Shown here one piece after another: positions 24,243 to 37,127 of a stretch of DNA of 38,008 bases. The stretch spans positions 37,396,496-37,434,503 of the forward strand of contig JBOZIK010000001.1 in NCBI GenBank assembly GCA_051453625.1, in the 5' to 3' direction. The notes beneath the pieces are model-generated. The model worked only from the letters and a program-made list of their open reading frames with translations, was not told the origin of the DNA and did not search any database. The translations under genes and the position numbers were made by a program. How positions within the stretch are numbered: position 1 is the first letter of the stretch; each line of letters opens with the position of its first letter. The DNA comes from Welwitschia mirabilis. Lineage: Eukaryota.

Positions 24243-26529
24243 AAAACTATATGTAAAAATGTTGAAAAAGAGGAGAAAAATTTGAAAAAGACAAGGAAAA
24301 GGAAAAATACCTTGTTTTCAAAAATTCACGAAAATTAAGTAAATCTAAGAGTGAATCTGACAAGGATAAGATCTAGTGTGATGGTAGGGACTATGGGAAT
24401 TGTCATCTCTTAAAGGAATGAATAAAAATTATGAAAAAATAAATAAAAATGATAAAAAATGGTTGGGGCTATAGTTTTATCACACTGTCATTTGGTTACA
24501 TTGTCTGGATGATAGCCTAAGAATGACTCTCAAAAAAAATCAAATTATCATTTACTTGTGTCATCTGGACAACTAAGTGGATTATGGAATTTTAAAAAAG
24601 TATGCAAAAATAATTGTGTCAATCAAGAAAGTTAGGCATAAATATTATCATGAAAGTATTAGAATTTGTCAATAAGCTTGAAAAAATAGGGAATGAGAAA
24701 GAATTGTAAAAAATCAGGATGAAGTGAAAAACTTAAAACAAATAAAAAATAAGGATAAGAAAAACATATGAACTAGGTTAAAATTTAATAATAAAGATTG
24801 AATAAATATGTCCAAATTGAAAAAGAAACAATACAAAGTATAGAACTCTAAAAGATACAGGGAATCTCATACAAGTTATAAAACATAAAAGATTTTCTGT
24901 TTAATTTTAATGCTAAAAGAAATTAATATGTCATGAATGGATAATAAGGAAACTACTAAATGATAAGCTAATAAGTAAAGATGAGAAAATGTAAAAATAG
25001 CTTTAAAAATGGACATAAGAAACATAGAGAAGATTGCTTACCTATCATAAATTTTAACCTAGTAAATCCCATAGAAGACATCATAAAGCCACCNNNNNNN
25101 NNNNNNNNNNNNNNNNNNNNNNNNNNNNNNNNNNNNNNNNNNNNNNNNNNNNNNNNNNNNNNNNNNNNNNNNNNNNNNNNNNNNNNNNNNNNNAAAGATG
25201 AACTCACAACTATATTCTACTTTACAAGTAATACTATAGAGTATGAAAAAATGTTGTTGACACCTTTGCAGGCTAGCTAGAGTTTCCTAACTTGACCTTC
25301 TTATCTGATCTATTTCCAGAACCTTTTTGCCAAAAAGATTCCCATTTTTGGTGACGATCACATTTTTATACCCTTGTTAGTTTTTATATTTCTATTCGTT
25401 ACTCCTAAGAAAGAGACATATGATTGGGGTTATTATGCTGATTTACTACCTTAATCTTCTCTCATCTTCATGCCACTTGGCATCCTGTACTTAAAATACA
25501 ATAATAAAATATATGCATACTAACCTATTAACATACTAAATAACTAACCTATTAATTAGTAAGCATAAAGATAGATAAAAACATCTATTTACTAATAAAA
25601 TACATAATTAACATAATGAAAAATACTTTATTAATAAGCAATACTTACATAAAATTCATCCTTATCATGTATCGACTTTATAAAATTTAGTGATTATGAT
25701 GACACCAATGATTAAGTGCTTCAAATAATGAATGATAAGATTAAAAGCTATTCAGAAATAAACTCACCTACTCACACCATAAAATACACCCGAATCCTTA
25801 AAAGTAAAATAATCATCTACAAATACTAAGAGTCTAGAAAATAAGAAAAGCCTCTAATAATGTTAGGAACATCACTAATTTATAGCCTCAAAGTTTATTA
25901 CAACTTTTCCATAATTAGGGGAGTACAGCCACAATTAGAAAAGTAAGAACTCTTGAATCATGACCAACTAATCCTCTAGTGAATTTCTCATAGGTACTAA
26001 CACTGTGAAATATTCCTTTTAAAAACATTTACCCTAGTATGATAGGACATCATGGTGACCATGTATTTTTTTAAGCATAAATACAATCGATCATGGTTAT
26101 TATCTTGTTTCTTCTTCTTATTCTTCTTTTTCTCTTTTTCATATAATTCCCACATGATCACATACTCAAAATGATGAAGGTAAGGAAGTAAAATGAAATA
26201 CAGAAAAGAACACTTTTAAACAATCAAATACCTTATACTATTGGAAAAAAATCATAAGAACTAAGGCATCTTCCTTCAAAGTAAAGTCCATAGACATGGT
26301 AATGTCTTAAAATTGGGTGAATCCAATCTTATCACTATATTCCCAAGTATGAATGCTAGTCATGGAAACTTTATAAGGTAAAACATAAGTCAAGATCAAA
26401 TATGATCAAGTGACATCATAACATTCACTAAAGGAATAAGCTAATAAAAAATTTAGATAATTATATGATGTAAGTGCTTCTCCTAGAAAAGTACCTTCAA
26501 AACAAGTGATTTTATTATATTCAAGGTTG

Positions 26530-27984
26530 TATTGAAAAAATTTTTGTATAGTTTTAAACTTTATTCATTAACTTTCTGAATCTCTTTAGTATTCAAGTCA
26601 AAAATCTCAATAAATTTATTAGAATGCACTTTCTCTATAAGATAAGAATCTAACCATTTAGAGGTCAACTTATTATTTAAAATATGTACTCTAGTATTAT
26701 ATAAAAGGACAAGTTAACTAGGTTTAAACTTTTTGTGAAGTAAATTTCTATCATGTTTGAACTTAGCTTAGGCTTTGTGGATTAATTGATAATGTATAAC
26801 ACAAATAAGTTTTTTATTAAGATGATGTAATTAGGCTAATCTATATTTAATATTCTCATGAAGGTCTAAAAATTAATTTGATAAAAGGTACAATAATAGT
26901 TATAGCATACATTAATAGATAAAACACAAACTTTTTTGTAGATAAGTTTATAAGGTAAAAAACCAAGAGAATTACACCAAGTAGTACAGTAAGCCCAAAG
27001 AACATTATTAAGCTTAGAAGCCCAAGATTTCTTATTAACAAAGATAAGTTTTTATAATATTTTCTTAATTTCTTATTTGCATTTTTAATTTAATCATTGA
27101 TCTAAGAATGATAAGCATAAGCTACTCTATGTTCTAATCTAATGGACAAGAGAATTCTTCTAAAAAGTTAATTTATAAAACAACTTTCTTAGTCACTAAT
27201 GATAGTAAGTTTTAAGAAAAGTACAAACAGTTTGGGCATCATTCAAAAAAGTAGGAATAGATTTAACTCATTTATTAACATAATCTATCACTACTCAAAT
27301 GTAAGTTTTATCATTAGAGGGTGGGTAAATGGGATCTATAAAATTAATTCCCTAATAATCAAAAGGTTGACAATCAAGAATAGATCTAAGGAGCATCTTT
27401 TGAGCATGAATAAGACTACATTAAATGCTAACAAGGATTACAACTTCTAGTAAAATAAAACAAGTCTTGAAAAAAGTAGATAAATAAAAACCAAAATGAA
27501 GAATTTTCATAACTATTTTCTATCCACTAAAATGACATCCACAAATAACACCATGATAAAGATGAAGTATATTAGATTTTTTCCAATCAGGCATACATTT
27601 TCACATAATTTGGTCTTTACACCTATGATAAATATGTGGCTCTATCCATTCATAATCATTTATTCTATGGAAAAATTATTTTATTTAATTATAAGTATAA
27701 TGTTGTGGTGTTTTCATAGTAACAAGATAATTAACAATATTAGCATACCAAGAAAGAGGATGAGTAGAAGATATAGCAAAAAGTTATTCATCTGGAAAAG
27801 AATCATCAATCATAAGATCATCAAGAGGAGAAGAAAGATGAGACAAATGGTTAACAATACTATTATGTTTTTTTTGCTTTCTCAATGATGATCAAATTAA
27901 ATTCTTACATGAGGAGTATCCATCTAATTAATCTAGCATTTGAATCTTTCTTAGTTATAAGGTATTAAATCATAGCAAGGTCAG
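26530..27984 (-). pseudogene. pol: Degenerate RNase H C-terminus and integrase of element C
   Basis: Minus-strand motifs: TDLAMI*YLITKKDSNARLIRWILLM*EFNLII (27984-27890), CNPC Zn-finger pair (~27435), IISD*ESCFIN (~27200-27175) and LVLLYNTR...KLTSKWL (~26715-26655), the Athila-type integrase tail. Collinear with 31020-32780. Confidence 0.9.
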
Positions 27985-29223
27985 TGTTGTGATTCATATT
28001 TTTAAAATCCTTTACATCTCATTGAATCCTATTAATCAAAATAGATATATTACAAAATATAATACTCTAGTATAAATGGGAGTGATTCAAATGTCATAAA
28101 CACCTTGAATGTTGCAAGAGAGGAAGGAGAATTGATTTTTAAAGAAATATTATATCCTAACTTAAGAACAATGTAGGAAAATAAATATACAATGTAATGC
28201 AAATGTGACTTAATCTAGATGGACACTTATTCAATTACCAAATTAACTTGTTAAGAAAATTGGCCTTGTATAACCTAGATCAGTTAGAGAAACTATCATT
28301 AACCAAGACCAACTTAAGCTATCAAGAGAGTCAAATAAAGTGCAATGCAAAATACTTCTAAACTAATATTGTTAATCTTAACTAAGGTTATCCTTAAGAC
28401 CTATATCATTAATAAAACTATCACTGAATTAAGAACAACATAAACCATAAGGGATGTTAACAAACTAAATGCACAAAAAAAGTATAGTTATATTAAGAAT
28501 CGAACCATCATCTAGGTTACAAAATAATTGCACCTTAATGGAGGATGTATAGTCCAACACCAAGGAAACATCTTTCTAGAACTCACAAAATGGATCTTTC
28601 ACCCTTTAATCTTCTATTACAAGATTGTCTAATGCAAATGAAGATGATAGAAGAGTTGAAGAAGGGGTTTATTTATAGGGTGAAGAAGGTGAAACCATCA
28701 CATAAAATGTGCTAAAAACATGTGCTTAAATCCAAGAAAGAAATAGGTAAAATAAATGAATATCAGCTGATCAGTCAGGTGTCATCCTGACTGTCATGGA
28801 GGTGACTAAGGAAACAATGATACATGTGTAACATTGGTTATCATGCATATCATGGAAACGACCATGGGGACAACACCTCTTTAGAAAAGATAACTTTAGT
28901 AATACTTTCTCTAGTTCATGTCAGTACTCTTATGTGGCTTATATAGTGTTTTTGTCCTACCTGTTATGGGAATGACATAGGAGACAATAATCCTATTTGA
29001 CCTTCCAATTCAAGAGAACCTAGCCTCTAGCATTATTGATCTTTCTCCAAAGCATTAAGCATTAGAATATCTTGAAATACCTCTTAATATGCCAAGAATT
29101 ATGTATTTCAGTGATCATTTATTAATTCTTCATAATCCTCAAAATTGCATCTAAACTTATACAAATGTTCTACAAAATAGCTCATAACACCCCTTCAAAT
29201 ACATACAATTTGGTAGCACATTA
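27985..29223 (-). repeat. 3' LTR of element E
   Basis: Starts TGTTG exactly where the RNase H of C stops and aligns with 37128-38008. The right end is placed by homology to the LTR end at 12957 (ggtagcacatta|tagccc vs ggcagcataaca|tggccc). Confidence 0.85.
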
Positions 29224-29260
29224 TAGCCCTTCACTTAGCCTTTATTAGTCCCTAATAAAA
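29224..29260 (-). promoter_or_regulatory. PPT region of element E
   Basis: Minus strand TTTATTAGGGACTAATAAAGGCTAAGTGAAGGGCTA abuts the LTR. It resembles the Athila pre-LTR motif TTGCT.G.GGAC.AGCAA...CTAAGT.TGGGGG. Confidence 0.6.
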
Positions 29261-30445
29261 ACAAGGTAAACAACTATAATTACAGGCCAAATTACCTAAA
29301 AAAATCAATTTGGAAATTTTAACATAGGCTCATAAATAATCTCAAACATATCACATAGCAAAATAGCATATAATTCATCATGTGTAGAAGTAAAAATTGC
29401 AAAAATTATGTCTCAAAAAAGCTCTAAAATAACCTAAAAAATTATGAAAATTAGTCTTTCCCTCTTCTGTAAAAAATAATACATCTTGAATTGGCTAATG
29501 AAGCAAAGAACTAAAATGAAAATTAGTATGTTCAAATGAGAAGATTGATTATGGGTGTTTTTGAATTTGAATATCAGTGTAGAAATTTCATATTTCAAAG
29601 ATAGAAATGTAAGGAATATTCTAATAAACATAAAAGGAGTAAACAATAAAAATGTACTAATTAGGATAAAGTAGATCCATGAGTACCCAACAAATGTGGC
29701 TTCATAAAAATGATTAAAAATAGTATTTAAAACTTCAAAAGACTAAAAATGATCATTGCAAAATTTGTAAGAAAATTCATCTTAAGTAAGAAATTAATTT
29801 TTATTGAAAACTAAGTAAGAAAACCATTAAATGTTAAGGTCCTAATATGATAATAAAATACAAAAATTACTTTGAAATAACTAACTAAATAACTAAAGAA
29901 TACAAAAGGCATGGACATAAGGAAGATAAATAAATAGCCTACCTATCCTAAATTTTAATCTAGTAGACTCCCGTGAAAGAAATCATAATATCACTTGATT
30001 TAAAAATTAATGACTAAATATATAAGCATGTAAAAGTCCATTCGATTAAGGCAGTGATTATGACGATGCTAAAAATTAAATGCTCTAAATAATAAGTGAT
30101 AAGATCAAAGATTTATTCAAAAATAAACTTACCTACTTACATTTCAAAACAAACACCTGAATCCTTAGAGATGAAATGATCATGTAAAAAGACTAAGAGT
30201 TTAAGAAATAATCAATGTCTCTAATCATACCATGAATACCGTTGATTTCATAGCCTTAAAGTTTTTGTTATTGTATCATCCATGATGAGAAAAGTACAAC
30301 TATAATTAGAGATGTAAGTACTTGTGAAGCATGGCCAACTAACCTCCTAGTAAAGTTCTCACAGCTACCATATTACATTACCAAAGGCCCCTCTCAGGAA
30401 ACTTTATCATTGTGTACTTGCGATAGGAATCATGATCTTATTTTA

Positions 30446-30554
30446 CTCTCTCTCNNNNNNNNNNNNNNNNNNNNNNNNNNNNNNNNNNNNNNNNNNNNNN
30501 NNNNNNNNNNNNNNNNNNNNNNNNNNNNNNNNNNNNNNNNNNNNNNNNNNNNNN

Positions 30555-30611
<57 letters not shown>

Positions 30612-30633
30612 ACGCTCACTCTCACGCTCACTC
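30446..30633 (+). repeat. (CT)n microsatellite with a CTCACG/CTCA tail in the 3' UTR of element E
   Basis: Directly visible; interrupted by a 100-N gap. Confidence 0.97.
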
Positions 30634-31014
30634 ACTTTTTTTTTATGCAAAAAAGAAATATTTCACATGATCAAACACCTCAAAAGGCAAAGGTAAAGTA
30701 ATAAGATAAAAGATAGAAAATAACATCCTTAAATTACCTAAGACATTCTCATAATTAAGAAAAGTATTAGAAATAAATAATCTTCCTTTAAAACAAAGTT
30801 TATAAACATGTGANNNNNNNNNNCCAAGTCAATGACTAGTCATGGAAATAAAATAAATACATAAGTCATATTTGAAAAATGATTAAATAATATCATAATG
30901 GTCTTTAAAAGAATAAGCTAAAAGAAAATTAAAACAATGATAGGGAAGAAGCTCTCCTTATTGAAGGGAACCGCTAAGGATAGTGGGTCTACCACGTTTA
31001 TATCAAAAAAGTGA

Positions 31015-34000
31015 TTATATATTTTCAACCTTTATTCATTAATGTTCTAAATGTCTTTAGTGGTTAAATTATAAATCTTAATAGAGCCATTAGAATATAC
31101 TTTTTCAATAAGATAAAGACATAACCATTTTGAGGGCAACTTGTTATGTAGAATATGTATCCTAGTGTTGTATAATAAGACTAGTTAACTAGGTTCAAAG
31201 TTCTTATGGATTAACTTTTTATCATGTTTAAATTTACTTTGGACTTTGTGAATAAGTTGATGATGGATAACTCAAGTTTGTTTTTCATCTAAATGATCTA
31301 GTTGAGCTAAATGAGTTTTGAGATTCTTTTGTAAATTTGTAAGATTAAGTTGATGTGTAGAATAATAAGAATTGTAACAAACATTAATAAGAAAAATATA
31401 AACTTTACCATATACAAATTTGTAGGGTGAGAAATCAAGAGAATTACAGTAAGTGGTATGGTAAGTCTAAAGAACATTATTTAATTTAAAAGCCTATGAT
31501 TTCTTATTATTAGAGATAAGATTTTGAAGCATAATTTTATTTCTCTATTAGCATTTTTAGCTTGTTCATTGATTTAATGATGACAAGCATAAGCCACTCT
31601 ATGTCGTATACCAAGGGATAAAAGAAGTTTTCTAAAAAGATAATTAATTAAATGAGTTCCTTAATCACTAATCATTATTCTAGAAAAGCCAAAACTTTGA
31701 AAAATTTAAGTTTTAATAAGATTACAAATGGTTCATGCATCATTTGAGGAAGTAGGAACTGCTTTAATCCACTTAGCCACATAATCAATAGCCACTAAAA
31801 TGTAATTTTTTTAGAAGGTGATTTAATTAGGCATATGAAATCAATTTCTTGATAATTAAAAGATTCAAAGTCAAGAATAGGTTTGAGGGGCATTTCTTGT
31901 GATCATAAAAGACTACCAAAATGTTGACATACATTGCACCTTCTAGCATAATCAAAGAGTCTTAAAAAATATTGGACCAATAAAATCCAAAGTGGAGAAT
32001 TTTAATGGTTGTTTTCTAACTAGTAAAATATCCACAACAAATAGCACCATGATAAAGATGAAGGATATCATGTTTTTCTCATTCTAGTACACATTTTCTC
32101 ATAATTTGATCTTTATACCTATGATAAATATGGGGTACTATTCACTTTTAGTTACCTATCCTATGGAAATCTTTGACTGTAATTCCAATTTTNNNNNNNN
32201 NNNNNNNNNNNNNNNNNNNNNNNNNNNNNNNNNNNNNNNNNNNNNNNNNNNNNNNNNNNNNNNNNNNNNNNNNNNNNNNNNNNNNNNNNNNNGGTACTAT
32301 TCACTTTGAGTTACCTATCCTATGGAAATCTTTGACTGTAATTCCAATTTTGTGGTGTTTTTAAGGTAATAAGATAGTTGACAATGTCCATGTATCATGG
32401 AGGGGGATGAGTAGAAGATATAGCAAATTGTTATTAATCTGAAAAAGAATCACTAATAGAAAGATTATCAAAAGAAAAGTAAGGTGCAATAAGGGATCTA
32501 CTACATTGTTATGTTTCACTANNNNNNNNNNNNNNNNNNNNNNNNNNNNNNNNNNNNNNNNNNNNNNNNNNNNNNNNNNNNNNNNNNNNNNNNNNNNNNN
32601 NNNNNNNNNNNNNNNNNNNNNAGTAAGGTGCAATAAGGGATCTACTACATTGTTATGTTTCACTACCTTATCTATGATAGTGAGATTAAATTCTTGCATT
32701 AAGAGGATTAATGTAATCAACCTAGCATTGGAATCTTTCTTAGTCATTAGGTATTTACTCACTGCATGGTCTATGTAGATGTTTGTGTGAAAGCCTAAAA
32801 GATAGTGTCTAAGCTTGTTGAGGCAAATGATTATGACTATATCTCTCTCTCAATAGTTGAGTAATTTGCTTGATCTTTGGATAATGTTTTACTATGATAA
32901 GATATGACTTTGAAATCATTTTTATATTTCCATCCAAGCATCTTACCTATAGCAAAATTACTAACATCACAAATTAACTCAAAATCTTTTTCCCAATCAG
33001 TCCCATTACAATAGGAGTATAAACTAGTTTATGTTTGAGTTTATCAAAAGAAAGCTGAAAATATGTATTGCAATCAAATTTAGCTTCTTTTTATAGTAAT
33101 GAGTGTAGGGATTTATAGATTTTAGCATAATCTTGTATAAAACAGTGATAAAAACCAAAATGTCCAAGAAAAGATCGAAGTTGCTTAACATTGATTGGAG
33201 GAGTTAACTATTGAATGATATCAACCTTCTTAGGGTCCATATTAATTTCTTTTTTAGAAATTTGATGACCTAAAACAATTTTACTTTCAACTAAAGTAAT
33301 ATTTTTTTCAATTTAAATCAATATGATACTCTATGCATGTATCAAGTACTTTCTCTAATCTTTCTAAGATTTGATCAAAGATTTCTCCAAAGATTGAAAT
33401 GTCATCCATAAAGATTTTTATTGAGTCTACTAATATGTCTAAAAATATATCCATCATAGTACATTGAAAAGTTCTGGTAGCATTACATAATTCAAAAGGA
33501 ATTCATTTAAAACCAAACAACCTAAAAGATAAATTAAAAGTTATTTTAGCCTGGTCTTTACTAGATATGCAAACTTGGTTATAACCACTATATTTGTTTA
33601 AAAAGTAATAGAAATAATACCCCTAAATTCTATTAAGTATCTAGTTAAGAAAGGGTAGAGAAGAATAATTTCTAAAATCTATGCATACTCCTCATTTACC
33701 ATCCTTCTTTAGTACTAAAGGTAAGGGACTAATCCATTTACTATCTAATAAAGCGTAAATGATTCCATCATATATTAACTTAATGATTGCATTCTTAACT
33801 ATTTGTTTAAGTGTTAAATTTAATCTTCTTTGTAATTTCCTAATAAGTTTTAAATTTTCCTTAAGATAGATTTTATGATGAACAATAGAAGGAGGAATAG
33901 CAAATAAATATTTATAAGACTAAGTGAATGCATGAATTTTGGAGTCAAAAGAAAGATTAAGGTTGACTCTTGTTTAAGGAAAAGATTTCCATTGATTATG

Positions 34001-36662
34001 AGAGGTTTACCCCAATCATTACAAAAAAAAATATAATTCAGTCCACTAGGAAGATTTTTAGATTCAAATTCAAATTAAGATTTTCATTTTCTGTTATAGG
34101 CACATTTAGTGGATGATCTCCCTCAAAGTATGAGTTTTCCTTTGTTGTTACTAGTTGGAATTATTTTTAAATTAAGGANNNNNNNNNNTTGTTTCTTCTT
34201 CATCTTAATCTAAAAGATCATTTTATTGATGCTCAAAGTTGGATGTATAAAAAGCTTCCAAGTTTTTAATCTCAAGTAAAGCATCATAAAGCATAGGTTT
34301 ATGTAACATTAGTTATTTTTCTTCAAGGGAAATATGTTAAAGGAATAAGGTTGGTTTAATTTAATTTTCTATATTTCATTAATCATCTTTATCTTTCTCA
34401 GTTAATCAAAAACTCTAATTGAAAACTTTTTATTCCCTAGGTGATACTCCATCATCCCAGTTTTTGTATAGATAATGCAATGGGCAGTTGCACAAAAGGT
34501 TCTTCCTAAAAGTAATGGATAATCTCTATTGTGTTAAACCTCTATGATAACCACATATATTGGGTAAAATGTCTTTTTAATTTGGATTAATAAAGCTTTA
34601 ATGACCCCTAAGGGTTTCTTAACTAATGTGTCTGCTAATTTCAAGAGAATTTGAGTAGGCTTTATTCTACCTTCTAAACTAAGTCTTTTACAAATATATA
34701 ATGGCATGATGTTGATACTCATTCCAATGTCGATTAAAGTCCTAAGAGATTGAGATAAAAAGGGTTTGTTAGGAATAATTCATTTTTTTCCCTTCTTATT
34801 AAGTCTTTCCATAGCTTAGAATAATTTAAATTTTCTTGTAAAAGTTTCCAGAATGGTAAGTTTATACTCACATTTTAGATTAAGGTTTTGAGATGTTCAT
34901 TAAAGGTTGAATTAATGTTAAGCTTATAAAGCTAAGGGATAGCTAATTTATTTTCTACTTATTGTGAAGAATTTTTCTTTTTACTTTTATCAAGAGAAGG
35001 GAAGTTATAATGTTCTAGTATTTTGATGTCCTCTTCTTTCTCATCATTTCTAGTATTATTTTGGGAGGTTGATGCTTTATAATAAGGAGGGNNNNNNNNN
35101 NGGTTTACATCCTATCCACTTCATGTTACAACCTTACAATCTTTTCTCACTTTTTTGTAATTCAATAAAGGTTGTGTTACTAATGATCTTTGTGTTCTTT
35201 AGTTTGCCAACATTATTTATTAAAGAACATTTACTAAGTTTTCAATGCTAGAGTTTGTTTTTTATTATGATTTCCTAAGTTCATATATAAAATTTCTAAG
35301 TAAATCACTTTGATGTTGAAAGCTTGATAAACTTAGTTGAAAGTTTGAATTTTCAAATTGATTGTTGAAAGGTTAAAAATTAATTTGAAAATTTTTGAGT
35401 TTATTATCAAACATTTGAAAATTAGATTATGAATTAATCTTAGGTTATGACTAGTTTTGATTTTGGTTTTGAAAGTTTAAAAATTTTTGGTTGAAAACAT
35501 AAACTTCTTCATACATTTTCTCCTTATATGTTGGCAATAGTGGATAATCCTTGGTTATGTGATAGTTTTCCTTGCATAAGTTACATGTTGGTATAACACT
35601 CTTCTTAGTTACTGATTTGCATCTAGAATCATCTTAGTATACTTCTCTAGAGTTTTTGTAAATTCTTTATTCAAATTTATAGGGTTCTCTTCTATTTTTT
35701 TTACCTCTTTTTCTTGTTTTACCTCTTTGAAATATTTGATGATTTATCCTACGGTGTGGTTATCTCTTGAGGTTGGCCAAGTTTAACTCACCTTCACAAG
35801 TTCTCCTAATGTTTATCAAGCATTTTCTAATGTGAGATTCATTATATTTCCATCACAAGATAAATCTATAAGTTATTTCATTTGGTAATTTAGCCCACTA
35901 TAAAAGTAATCAACTAGCTCTTTTTATGTGAAAGCATCTATTAGATTAGAGTGAATTATGATGAAAAAGCATTTGTATGTGGAAGACTATTTCTCATTTG
36001 GTTTTTCTTGCAAATTTATCACTTCTTTTTTTCTTTTTCAAATAGTTTCTTAACTTATAAATCTTTTAATGAATACTTCCTAGACTTGATTCCTAGTATT
36101 TAGATTGTTATGGGGTATAGTTTCAACCAAATTTTTGCTTTTTATTTCAACATAATACGAAAAATGACCATATAAGTATGATCACTAATCCTTTTGTTTT
36201 CATTTCCAGGGGTAAGAACTAATTGTTCAATGTCCACAATGTATTGGAGGGGATCCTCATCATATTCACCACTAAAGATGGGATAGGCATTTAAATTCTT
36301 TAATTCAATATCATCTCCTATGGGTAAATCAAAAGGGGTTTGTATTTCTCATTTCCTATTAGCTATTAATTCCTTAAGAGTAAGGTTTACATTACGACTA
36401 AGGATTGAAGAACTAATGAATTGCTTTTGTTTTTACATAGCATTTGATATATTAAAACTATCTTCTTCTAAATTATCTTCTAAAAAATTTTCTTTTACAG
36501 GATTGGATTCAAAAAGAATGAACTTAAAGGGGATATTGTATGCACCTTAAGATTTTGTTCCTGACTCTGATTCAAAGTCGACCAATCTTTATTTGATGTT
36601 CTCTTCTATCAATAGCTTTTCTCTTTGATATCTCTTTCCTAAATTAATCATGCCATAGCATT
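31015..36662 (-). pseudogene. gag-pol: Degenerate gag-pol of element E
   Basis: Gag: LNAYPIFSGEYDEDPLQYI (~36295-36240) and knuckle CNLCKENYHITKD (~35588-35548). Protease: LIDIGMSINIMPL, LKLAD..VKKPLG and PLLLGRTFCAT. RT: SKWISPLPLVLKK, VCIDFR, YSGYNQV, FMDDIS and GHFGFY. RH: DWEKDFELICDVSNFAIG and IYIDHAVSKYLMTKKDSNARL. INT: CNVCQHFG and LVLLYNTRIHILHNKLPSKWL. Confidence 0.95.
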
Positions 36663-37105
36663 CTTTAAATATAAAACAACAAAAAATGAAATTAAAAATA
36701 ACTAACAATTTTCTATTTGGTTTTGGGGATGATGGAGGGGATGACAAAAATAGAAAGTAGAAAGAGAAAATAGAAATTAGTAGAAACCAAAAAATAGATA
36801 ATTATCATCCAACTTGTTATGGGGATGATAATAAAGATGATAATTATTTTTCTATTTCTAAATCTACAAGGAAAAAAAAGTTACAAACAAAAAATAAAAT
36901 GAGAAAACTGTGTCATCATTCTTAGTGTTATAGAGACGATAGAAAGGATGATAGACTTTTATTTCTAACTAAGAAAAATAGAAAATTGTGAACTGAAAAC
37001 TTACAATTTCTAAATAGAAATACAATGCTGCTACAGATAAATATCCAAACTAAAATCTTATTTACCCACCTAAGTGATTACAATCCTCATACTTCTTAGC
37101 ATCCT

Positions 37106-37127
37106 TCCCTTGGCAAGGGAACCAAGA
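37106..37127 (-). promoter_or_regulatory. Primer-binding site of element E (Athila tRNA-Asp type, degenerate)
   Basis: Minus strand CA-TCT-TGGTTCCCTTGCCAAGGGA, compared with the canonical Athila TGGCGCCGTTGCCGGGGA, directly after the LTR end. Confidence 0.7.

Larger units (their letters stand above)
11398..27984 (-). mobile_element. Element C: Athila-like Gypsy element (3' half), interrupted by D (16297-24242) and cut off by E at 27985
   Basis: PPT-proximal sequence at 12958-13030 is homologous to 29224-29300. The 3' UTR at 24900-26500 is collinear with 29800-30950. INT and RH remnants lie at 26530-27984. Continuity across 13500-16296 is inferred. Confidence 0.65.

Noticed and set aside
1524..25280. 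Long ORFs in the supplied track made mostly of X
   Set aside because: They are open only because N runs contain no stop codons.
27199..27888. + strand ORFs of 83 and 130 aa
   Set aside because: Antisense shadows of the minus-strand integrase remnant of element C, with no recognisable protein features.
30410..30701. LSLSLS / ERERER ORFs
   Set aside because: Translations of the (CT)n microsatellite plus the gap.
5797..32664. Short direct repeats flanking ~100-N gaps (5797/5934, 13281/13451, 13575/13887, 16669/16789, 18045/18285, 19819/19968, 32134/32293, 32479/32622), superficially like repeat-spacer units or TSDs
   Set aside because: Each pair brackets a placeholder gap, and the pairs are unrelated to one another. 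This is a scaffolding artefact, not a CRISPR array or biological repeat.
33640..34800. Small deletions in element E relative to B (after VCIDFR, and loss of the KFKDP segment before the protease)
   Set aside because: Consistent with ordinary post-insertion decay of a dead copy; no sign of function.
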